Shown here: piece after piece, positions 1 to 7,547 of the stretch
Numbering within the stretch: the first letter of the stretch is position 1
Layout: every line of letters starts with the position of its first letter
Origin: a virus
Taxonomy: Duplodnaviria > Caudoviricetes
Reading direction: 5' to 3' (one strand)
Length of the DNA stretch: 64,000 nucleotides
IMG/VR virus record: IMGVR_UViG_3300037467_001904
Coordinates: 11,367-75,366 of that record
Position numbers and translations under genes: made by a program
The notes under the pieces: model-generated
Seen by the model: the letters and a program-made list of their open reading frames with translations, nothing else
Told to the model about the DNA's origin: nothing
Database searches by the model: none

Positions 1-748
1 GACAGAGCTCCTGACCCTTGAGCAGGAAGGCGCGTACCTGCGCTTTTGCCACCAGATGTATCGGCGCAAGTCCCCCGTCGTCGATGACAAGACTGCTCTC
101 GGACGGCTCTGGAAATGCCACCCCAACAAGGCAGTGAAACTCCGCAACGACCTCCTCCTGGCCGGCAAAATTGTCGAGACAGGCGACGGACACCTGACCA
201 ACACCCGGGTGACACAGGAGCTAGACGCACGGGAGACAGTGTCGACACAGAAGTCACACATCGGCAGGACAGGTGGAATACGCAGCGGGGTATCTCGTCG
301 TAAGTCATTGAAAAATAACGATGTGAGTGAAGCAACTGCTTCAAGCAAAACGAACGAGAGAAGAGAAGAGAAGAATAGAGAAGAAGATCTCTCTGTAGCC
401 TCTCTTGATGATCCAGGCCGGGAAGCCTCGCCAATGGGCTCGGCCACAAAGCCGTCGGTTTCGAAAAATAGTCGGGGCACTCGATTGCCTTCCGACTGGG
501 CCCTGACCCCGGAATGGCGAGCATATGCGGAGCAACAGGGGTTCGCCGGCATCGAGATCGAACGCATGGCCGACCGGTTTTCCAACTACTGGCGCGCCGA
601 GTCGGGGAAAAAGGCCGTGAAGCTCGACTGGTTCGCGACCTGGCGAAATTGGGTCCTGAACGATCTCAACCGCAGGCCAGACCAGAGGAATACGCCAGGA
701 AGATCGGCCCAGCAGTCGATGCCTGGCGTGCATTGGAGGCCCTTGTGA
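1..748 (+). CDS. Phage replication initiator, YdaU/DUF1376-like; 5' end lies outside the window
   Basis: Frame is open from base 2 (TELLTLEQEGAYLRFCHQMY...). C-terminal RGTRLPSDW...RFSNYW...KLDWFATWRNW is typical of phage initiators. Confidence 0.75.
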   Translation, partial: TELLTLEQEGAYLRFCHQMYRRKSPVVDDKTALGRLWKCHPNKAVKLRNDLLLAGKIVETGDGHLTNTRVTQELDARETVSTQKSHIGRTGGIRSGVSRRKSLKNNDVSEATASSKTNERREEKNREEDLSVASLDDPGREASPMGSATKPSVSKNSRGTRLPSDWALTPEWRAYAEQQGFAGIEIERMADRFSNYWRAESGKKAVKLDWFATWRNWVLNDLNRRPDQRNTPGRSAQQSMPGVHWRPL

Positions 749-749
749 C

Positions 750-1052
750 ATGCCCGACTACCGCACCCTGCTCGGCCGTGTCCGGTGCGACCCATCCACG
801 TTTCACGGCAGTCGAATGTTCCTCTGCCCTGAGTGCTCTCACCTTCGGAAGAAAAAGGGAATCAAATGCTTATCGGTGAAATCGGAGCCAGAAGGGTTCG
901 TTTTCCACTGCCATCACTGCGGATGGTCCGGAGGTGAGCGGCATGAACACGGCAGTGCTTGGCCCCCTAGGAATCAAGGCGTTCGAAGCCAGGGGCATCA
1001 ACGTCGAAACGGCGGTGAAATTCGGGATCTATACCGCTCGCACCACCGGTGA
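750..1052 (+). CDS. Stand-alone primase zinc-binding domain (Twinkle/T7 gp4-like)
   Basis: CPECSH...KCLSVK...FVFHCHHCGWSG four-Cys pattern; overlaps the start of the TOPRIM-helicase ORF in another frame. Confidence 0.7.
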   Translation: MPDYRTLLGRVRCDPSTFHGSRMFLCPECSHLRKKKGIKCLSVKSEPEGFVFHCHHCGWSGGERHEHGSAWPPRNQGVRSQGHQRRNGGEIRDLYRSHHR

Positions 1053-2529
1053 CATCTCACCCGGAAAACCGATCTTGGCCGATCCGAACGGCAATATCGT
1101 CGTTTTTCCGTTCGTCGAACATGGCAACGTTGTTGCCGAGAAGTATCGGGCACCGAACAAGGTCTTCTGGCAGCGAAAGGGAGGCAAACGAACCTTCTGG
1201 AATTCCGATGTCCTCGACGATCCCGCCCTGGAAGCCGGTACCGCTGCCCTGGTTATCACCGAAGGTGAGATCGATGCGTTGACGGCGATCGATTGCGGCT
1301 TCCCCTTCACGGTGTCGGTGCCGGATGGAGCGCCGGCCGTGCGAGACGGAGAGAGCCCAAGCGATCTCAAGCCCACAGATCCCGAGACCGAGAAGACAGG
1401 AAAGTTCGAGTTCGTCTGGAACAACCGGGAGCGTTTGAAGAAGATCAAGCGGTTCATTCTGGCGGTCGATAACGACGACCCAGGAAAGCGCCTCGAGGCG
1501 GAATTGTTGCGGCGTCTGTCTGCCGCGCGATGCATGTTCGTGACTTATCCAGAGGGGTGTAAGGATCTCTCGGATGTCCGCCAAAAATACGGTGCAGAGG
1601 CTGTCGCAAAGTGCCTGAACGGCGCCATGCCATACCCCGTGCGAGGCCTCTATCGCCTCGATGATTATCCCGAACTGCCTCAGCCGGAAACCTTCTCCAC
1701 CGGCTTCTCCGATCTCGACAGCCATCTGAGGTTCTGGCTGGGCGAATTGGTGGTTGTCACCGGCATACCTGGCAGCGGAAAGAGCTCCTGGATCATCAAC
1801 GTCTGTACGAGAATGGCGACGCTGTACGGTTGGACGGTCGCCATGGCCTCATTTGAGATCCCGACAGTCCCGACCTTGCGCGACAAGATCCGGATGGCCA
1901 AGACCGGCCTGCCCCCTGAAGGCTGGTCCAACATCTCCAAATGCGACGCCTGGATAAGGCAGCATTTCGTCTTCATCGATGACGATCCTACGGGGGATGA
2001 CGATGAGGAAATGACCCTGGAGTGGGTGCTCGACCGTGCTGCAGATGCTGTCTTGCGGGATGGAATCCGGATGCTCGTCGTCGATCCCTGGAACGAGATC
2101 GAACATTCCAGGCCACGCGGCGAGAGCGAGACTGATTATTACAACAGGGCCGTGAGAGCATGCCGACGTTTCGCGGCTCGCTACCAGGTCCTTGTGATTA
2201 TCCTTGCCCATCCCACCAAGGATGTTGGCAAGGACGGCAGTGCCCGTGTCCCCACTCCCTACGACATTGCCGGCAGCGCAGCATGGTTCAATAAGCCAGA
2301 CCATTGCATCACGGTCGACGTTCCAGACGCCCACAACAACGAGACGGTCATCTGGGTAAAAAAGGTTCGCTTCAATTGGTCGGGCAAAAGAGGGGATGTG
2401 ACCCTTCGATACCTTCCTTTGATCGAGAGCTACGACACCCTGCACGGCATGACACCGGTATGGAAGCTCCCGAAGGACGACCCTCGGGGGAAAGGCAACG
2501 AAAAATCGAAAAGCGAGAAACTCCTATGA
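934..2529 (+). CDS. TOPRIM primase-SF4 helicase (Twinkle/T7 gp4-like) lacking its N-terminal zinc finger; likely start ATG 943
   Basis: TOPRIM motifs ITEGEIDAL and AVDNDDPG; Walker A VTGIPGSGKS; Walker B LVVDPWN; ILAHPTK and IAGSAAWFNKPD. Confidence 0.9.
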   Translation: MSGMNTAVLGPLGIKAFEARGINVETAVKFGIYTARTTGDISPGKPILADPNGNIVVFPFVEHGNVVAEKYRAPNKVFWQRKGGKRTFWNSDVLDDPALEAGTAALVITEGEIDALTAIDCGFPFTVSVPDGAPAVRDGESPSDLKPTDPETEKTGKFEFVWNNRERLKKIKRFILAVDNDDPGKRLEAELLRRLSAARCMFVTYPEGCKDLSDVRQKYGAEAVAKCLNGAMPYPVRGLYRLDDYPELPQPETFSTGFSDLDSHLRFWLGELVVVTGIPGSGKSSWIINVCTRMATLYGWTVAMASFEIPTVPTLRDKIRMAKTGLPPEGWSNISKCDAWIRQHFVFIDDDPTGDDDEEMTLEWVLDRAADAVLRDGIRMLVVDPWNEIEHSRPRGESETDYYNRAVRACRRFAARYQVLVIILAHPTKDVGKDGSARVPTPYDIAGSAAWFNKPDHCITVDVPDAHNNETVIWVKKVRFNWSGKRGDVTLRYLPLIESYDTLHGMTPVWKLPKDDPRGKGNEKSKSEKLL

Positions 2530-2879
2530 TCGCATTGATCCCAGAAAAGAGGGCGATGGTAGTCTGGAACACGATCGGAACAGGCGTTCAGCCAAGCGAT
2601 GACGTCGTGGTGCATGAGTATCGCGATGCCAAGATGACCTTGGGCACCCATGATTGCAGCGCCGGAGCGTGCGGTGCTGGCTGGTGCGAGGCCGATCATC
2701 CCCGCGATAATCCAGCCGGTCTTTTTGCCAGCATCATTTTTGACGCTCCGGCTCCAGCCAGCCGACCGGTCATTCGCGCGTGGCTGGAGCAATTTGCGAA
2801 AATCGACAGCTGTGAATGGGCCCGACAGATGCTTATGCAAATGGTCGAGTTCGATCGCCGGAATCGGGGGGCAGAGTGA
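2526..2879 (+). CDS. Hypothetical phage protein
   Basis: ATG overlaps the helicase stop and its own stop overlaps the next GTG (coupled); no recognised motif. Confidence 0.55.
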   Translation: MIALIPEKRAMVVWNTIGTGVQPSDDVVVHEYRDAKMTLGTHDCSAGACGAGWCEADHPRDNPAGLFASIIFDAPAPASRPVIRAWLEQFAKIDSCEWARQMLMQMVEFDRRNRGAE

Positions 2880-3214
2880 CAGAGCCCCCCTTCAGCGCGC
2901 TCTCAAGGCGCGAGAAGCTCGCCCGTATCCTGCCGATGCTGGAGGAAGGCTGCTCCTCCCAGGAGATCGCCGACCGTGTCGGCATGACGCGCCAGGGCGT
3001 ATGCAGGATGCTGAAGCGCGCCGATATCCCCATCGGCCGCCGCGGTGCCACCCGGCGCGTTGGCGCTTTCATTCCGCACCGGACATTCGGCGTCATCGCC
3101 GAGATCGCGAAGGAGGCCGGCGTGTCACGGTCGACAATGATCAAGCGCATCGTCGAGGCAGTGTGTTCGTCGCCGACCGACGCGCGGCGGTTCCTGGGTA
3201 AACTGGCGCGCTGA
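2876..3214 (+). CDS. HTH DNA-binding protein, paralogue of 62156-62548
   Basis: SSQEIADRVGMTRQGVCRMLKR helix-turn-helix; shares GRRGATR and RFLGK(L/M)A with 62156-62548. Confidence 0.7.
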   Translation: MTEPPFSALSRREKLARILPMLEEGCSSQEIADRVGMTRQGVCRMLKRADIPIGRRGATRRVGAFIPHRTFGVIAEIAKEAGVSRSTMIKRIVEAVCSSPTDARRFLGKLAR

Positions 3215-3224
3215 GGGCAATATC

Positions 3225-3899
3225 TTGAACGTGCACACTTCGATCTGGACACCCGACCTCGTTAAGAAATGCATGGTCGACGCCTTCAAGACCCTGAGGC
3301 AGATCCCGGGCAATGTTGGGCCGGCCGGCTTCAAGACCGGCTGGCCGGCGATCGTGCGAGAGATGGAAGAGCTCTGGTATTCCCAGCCCGATCCCGCCGC
3401 GGAAACCCGGCTTCCGCCGAACAAGGCAAGGATCGGCCTCATGGAAGAGGCGTTGCGTTGGCCGGCCCGCTACCTGCTCGATTTTCCAAAGGGCGCCGAC
3501 GCCTTGAACCTCTGGGCAATCTGCAAGGCTTGGCGCATCAACATGGAGGCGGTGCTGGAGGTTAGGTCGGAAAAGGCCAAGGCCATTGCCAAGATAGCCG
3601 AGCGCGAGATCAACGAGCGGCGTGCGGCCGGCCGGAAGGCAGTTGCATCGGAGCCGGCGAACTGGGCGAACAAGAAGGTGTTCCTGTCTGACGGTTCAGC
3701 CGAAGCCAAAGACCGGATTGTGGCCAACGCCTTGATACGCCTCGAGCGTGATCTCTCGAAGAGGGGCCTGGTGCAGCCGAAAATCTGGGTCAAGCCGTCC
3801 GACGTCTCTCCCGACAAGGTCCTGAGTGAGAAGGACATGCGGGATAAGCGCGACGATGCCGCCCAACTGATCGCGGACCGGTTGGCACGCCGAACTTAA
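3225..3899 (+). CDS. Putative late-gene regulator (DUF6362-like, in the Q position)
   Basis: WTPDLV...DAFKTLRQIP...GWP...MEEALRWP pattern; last rightward gene before the late region. Confidence 0.55.
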   Translation: MNVHTSIWTPDLVKKCMVDAFKTLRQIPGNVGPAGFKTGWPAIVREMEELWYSQPDPAAETRLPPNKARIGLMEEALRWPARYLLDFPKGADALNLWAICKAWRINMEAVLEVRSEKAKAIAKIAEREINERRAAGRKAVASEPANWANKKVFLSDGSAEAKDRIVANALIRLERDLSKRGLVQPKIWVKPSDVSPDKVLSEKDMRDKRDDAAQLIADRLARRT

Positions 3900-4504
3900 G
3901 GCTTCCCCACCATGAGCATTTGAGCGAGCCGGGCACCCTCGGCATTCCTCTTTTCACGCTCCTCGATAGCCTTCTCCATAAAGGGCCTTGGATTCCATCT
4001 CGAATAATCTGGGCCGGCGAGCTTGTAGAAGCTGCGAATATCCCGCGCCAAATCCAAGGCGATCAAGCCGACCCGACCATATTGGTAGCTCTGCTCCTCA
4101 TAGTGCTCCCCGAGATCTGGTGGACCGACAATGCTGTCTACGACGAACTGGATGGAATTCCGCGCCAAGAAAAGTTCGTTCGGCAGTGCCATGATCCGGT
4201 AAAGAAGCCCGCTTTCCACTGAGCGCCAGTCCACATCAGCCGGCAGTTCGAACATGGGGAATTCCACCCCCGGATGAAACTCACCGTCTGGCGTATATAC
4301 ACCTTCATCTCCAACCATGTCGCAACAACGGACCACAAGTCGATCGAGCGCCGTAACCGTTCGGATGGCGGCAAAGGTCCCAAGCCTTGATTGCTCTCTG
4401 TCGTCGCGATTCCGTGACAGATAGTGCGACCAATAGGTCACGCCGACCGTTCCGACCGTGGTCAACCCGGCCGTCAGCAGTATTGTCCAAAGCCCGGTTT
4501 CCAT
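3896..4504 (-). CDS. Membrane-anchored hypothetical cargo protein
   Basis: N-terminal hydrophobic helix WTILLTAGLTTVGTVGVTYW followed by a ~170-aa soluble domain; opposite strand to the phage operon. Confidence 0.65.
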   Translation of the reverse strand: METGLWTILLTAGLTTVGTVGVTYWSHYLSRNRDDREQSRLGTFAAIRTVTALDRLVVRCCDMVGDEGVYTPDGEFHPGVEFPMFELPADVDWRSVESGLLYRIMALPNELFLARNSIQFVVDSIVGPPDLGEHYEEQSYQYGRVGLIALDLARDIRSFYKLAGPDYSRWNPRPFMEKAIEEREKRNAEGARLAQMLMVGKP

Positions 4505-4505
4505 T

Positions 4506-4835
4506 TCAGCTCGCGACCGCCACCGGCGCGTAATTCTTGTTGACCTCTTCAACGACGTCGGGGTGCTTCTCGATCACCCGCAGGAGGGTTGCGGCGGCGG
4601 GATCCGGAGCGCGCCGGCCTTGCTCCCAGTTCTCGACCGTACGTGCCGGGATACCGAAACGCTCGGCGAACTCCTTGGGCGACTTCGCCACGCCTTTGCG
4701 GATCTCCTTCACCCGCTCAGCCGTCATCGCCGGGACCTTCCGGACCTCGAGCGCGACCTCGCCGCGCTTCCAGGCAACCGCCTCCTTCATGCCCTCGATC
4801 AGATCCCGGCCGAAATCAGTGTCTTCCTTGCTCAT
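4506..4835 (-). CDS. higA: HigA-like XRE-HTH antitoxin
   Basis: FGRDLIEGMKEA N-terminus and SPKEFAERFGIPARTVENWEQGRRAP HTH; directly downstream of the toxin with a 4-nt overlap. Confidence 0.85.
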   Translation of the reverse strand: MSKEDTDFGRDLIEGMKEAVAWKRGEVALEVRKVPAMTAERVKEIRKGVAKSPKEFAERFGIPARTVENWEQGRRAPDPAAATLLRVIEKHPDVVEEVNKNYAPVAVAS

Positions 4836-5152
4836 TGCGTCAACTCCTTAGCCAAGGCAGTCAGGGCTTTCTTCTGGGCTTCCGATAGGTCCGACTGATC
4901 GGCCTTGGCGTAAGCGGCCAGCATGAACACCACGTCTTCTGCCCACCACACGAAATAGATCGCCCGGCCACCACCGCGCTTGCCGCGCCCCGCCATAGCG
5001 AACCGAACCTTGCGGATGCCGCCGGTACCGGGGATGACGTCACCAGCTTCCGGATCGGCCAGGACGGCGGTTTCCATTTCCTCGATGTCGCTCTTGCTGG
5101 CGCCGAGCTTCTTGAGGGTGCGGAGGTAGGGGGTGGTGCGAACGATTTCCAT
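4832..5152 (-). CDS. higB: HigB/RelE-family toxin
   Basis: GDVIPGTGGIRKVRFAMAGRGKRGGGRAIYF...AYAKADQSDLS; toxin-first order. Confidence 0.85.
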   Translation of the reverse strand: MEIVRTTPYLRTLKKLGASKSDIEEMETAVLADPEAGDVIPGTGGIRKVRFAMAGRGKRGGGRAIYFVWWAEDVVFMLAAYAKADQSDLSEAQKKALTALAKELTQ

Positions 5153-5334
5153 GACCACTATATACGCCAATAGCGTATTTACAAGCAAGAGAAAAATACG
5201 TCATCGGCGTATTTTTTAGGTGGCAGCCCAGGAAAATATCGCCGCTATGCAACCACCTATGGAGTGTTGCATAGCCATTTTGAGGCCCGAACTTTCTGCA
5301 CGACTTTTCGGGCGAATATGGGCATCTTTTTATC

Positions 5335-5849
5335 AGCTTCGCGAGACGTGCGGTTGAGACACACTGCACTCCATAGAGCCCACCGGCTCCAGGAGGTCTG
5401 AGAGCCTCCCGCGAAGCTCCATCCTTTCGCCGCCTGGAGGCTACGGCCTCGGGCACTCCCACCGGTCCGCCGGGGGCGCGAAGGTGTCGAGCAGCCAGCC
5501 GACAAGGCTTCGGCCAGTGATCGATCGGAACGTCGCGGCGGGGAGGGCAGACGGCTCATCCCGTGTCGCAGCACCGATCGAAAGTCCATGTTGGGGACGT
5601 GTGGCTGGCTGCTCGATGCCATTATGTCGAGGCTTCGGCCTCACCTGGGGCGGCCGTTCACCGGATGGTGCGACGTCGAAATTCAGGCCGATCGCAATGT
5701 AGGCCGGTTCCCCAATCCAATTCGCCCGAAGGGGCAACGTGTTTCATGCGGCAGCCGGGAAGGACCGGCGCTCGGGCGGCCCACATGTCCTAGGTCTCCG
5801 GCGTGTCGACGCAAAACGTGGAGCCGGTATCAAGCCCGGCACGCATGAA
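5335..5849 (+). ncRNA. Candidate large structured ncRNA region built of several multibranch, partly tRNA-like domains
   Basis: Stems 5335-5343/5410-5418 (followed by CCA), 5483-5500/5603-5620 (18 bp, 2 G-U) and 5743-5750/5842-5849. cUUCGg and cUACGg tetraloop hairpins at 5437-5450, 5506-5515 and 5629-5642. G-U pairs favour the + strand; no credible ORF. Confidence 0.65.
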
Positions 5850-5858
5850 TTCAGTTGT

Positions 5859-6050
5859 CCGGAAATTCCGGATAGCTCTCACTTCCTCCATTGGAGGAAG
5901 TCACCGAAATGGAAATAGACGCTTCGGTTTCCCTCAAATCTGAGGGAAACCAGAGCACCGCCTCAACGCATTGAAATCGTTCCGATATCGGTATGTCGAG
6001 GTCGTTCGGTGGCTCTCGTTCAAGCGAATTTAATCAACTATCGCTTGAAC
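5859..6050. repeat. Cluster of four unrelated palindromes
   Basis: tccggaa-a-ttccgga 5859-5873; acttcctcc-att-ggaggaagt 5881-5901; ggtttccctca-aatc-tgagggaaacc 5926-5951; gttcaagcga-N13-tcgcttgaac 6018-6050. Confidence 0.85.
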
Positions 6051-6104
6051 AATTGCGTAGGAGTATGCATTGTATGGTTATGGGCATTGGCCCCGGGGTT
6101 TGCG

Positions 6105-6944
6105 CTATGCAGGCCGCTTCAGAGGCTCGGGTAACACCGGGCCTTTGACGTTTTCAAAGCAGCTATATTTTACACCTTCAAGCCGAATCGCGCTTTGGTC
6201 CACATGCTGATCGATTATGCGTTTTGAGGTATGGAGATCCAAGAAGGGCCGATAACTCGGATCGTATCCTCCCTTTGCCATTGCGTAGAGCACAATGTCT
6301 GCGACCTGGATCATCGGAACTTGCTTTGTGACGCGTCGGGGATCACCCAACACCAAAGACTGAAAATCGGCTGGCCCAAGTCCATCATAATTTGCTGCGT
6401 CGGGTCCTAGAAATGGCATGCCATCCGCCTTCATAGCCTTCATATAGGCGATAAGGGCCCGATCCTCAATTTTCCCAGATTCTTCAAAAAATACCTCAAG
6501 TTTCCCGTCTCTTTGGCGAACAAACTTACAGGAGCGCTCGACCAATATCGAAAATGCGGTTTGGCAGAGCATCCAAGGCTCGGGGTATTTATCGGCATAT
6601 CGGTCCGAATAGCCTGGCCTATGAATTACGCAGGCGATACTGACTATTGGAAGGTCGAGTATCAGGGCATCAAGGCCGGAATAAAACCTGTCTCGAGTAG
6701 CCTTGTCTTTCCCCAGCCAAGCAAAATTGTTCCGGCGTCCACGTATTTTCGTGGAATGCAATGGGTAGGTGAGGCCCCATTCTCTACAGAACGCGGCGTG
6801 TCTCTCCAAAATAGCTGAAACATCGTCCTCATCGACGATAATGCCGCCCAATGCAAAGCAGTCCATACCATCCGCGCGCGGATCCTGCTGGACCTTGAGA
6901 TATCTAGAGCCGGAATCGTCAATATATAGATGGAATTTTGTCAT
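6105..6944 (-). CDS. DUF3800-like protein (RNase H-like acidic motifs)
   Basis: HLYIDDSG at the N-terminus, FALGGIIV, LHSTKIR, IQVADIVLYA; visibly more AT-rich than the core phage genes. Confidence 0.8.
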   Translation of the reverse strand: MTKFHLYIDDSGSRYLKVQQDPRADGMDCFALGGIIVDEDDVSAILERHAAFCREWGLTYPLHSTKIRGRRNNFAWLGKDKATRDRFYSGLDALILDLPIVSIACVIHRPGYSDRYADKYPEPWMLCQTAFSILVERSCKFVRQRDGKLEVFFEESGKIEDRALIAYMKAMKADGMPFLGPDAANYDGLGPADFQSLVLGDPRRVTKQVPMIQVADIVLYAMAKGGYDPSYRPFLDLHTSKRIIDQHVDQSAIRLEGVKYSCFENVKGPVLPEPLKRPA

Positions 6945-7079
6945 CGTTACTCTTGTTACCGAGCGCAGCCGTTGACGCGCAAGGGAAAAGAGTAATTCAC
7001 ACCCATCCACAAGTTGCTCGGTTTTCGTCACCTTGCGCGACGTTCCGATTGACAAAATTTAGAGCCCGAACCGACAGCG

Positions 7080-7547
7080 ATGCCCATCCTCGAAAACCAA
7101 CGTCATGAGCGCTTTGCTCAGGGCCTGGCGAAGGGGTTGTGTGCCGACAAGGCCTATGTCGAGGCTGGTTTCAGGGCCAATCGCGGCAACGCTATTCGCC
7201 TGAAAGCAAATGAACGCGTCGTGAAGCGCGTCGAGGAGCTGCAGGGTAGGGCGGTCGAAGGCGTCCAGATCTCGAAACAGTGGGTGATGGAGCAGCTCGT
7301 CGACAACGTCGTGAAGGCCAAAGAAGCCAAGGAGTTCGCGCCTGCCAACAAGGCGCTGGAGCTCCTCGGCAAGGAAGTCGGCATGTTCAAGGATCGTGTC
7401 GAGCACACAGGCAAGGGCGGAGGGCCCATTCAGACAGTGGACCTCACGAATTTCAGCAATGATGATCTCGACCGCCTCGAGGATATCCTCGTTCGTGCTG
7501 CCAACCCTGGCGGAGGTAAGGGCGGAGAAGGAGAAACGGAGGGTTGA
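7080..7547 (+). CDS. terS: Terminase small subunit
   Basis: QRHERFAQGLAKG...KAYVEAGF HTH; KALELLGKEVGMFKDRVEHTGKGGGPIQ; overlaps terL. Confidence 0.85.
   Translation: MPILENQRHERFAQGLAKGLCADKAYVEAGFRANRGNAIRLKANERVVKRVEELQGRAVEGVQISKQWVMEQLVDNVVKAKEAKEFAPANKALELLGKEVGMFKDRVEHTGKGGGPIQTVDLTNFSNDDLDRLEDILVRAANPGGGKGGEGETEG

Noticed and set aside
5336-5421. Canonical tRNA gene
   Set aside because: The anticodon-position arm has a 4-nt loop and there is no TTC T-loop or GG D-loop; kept only as tRNA-like.
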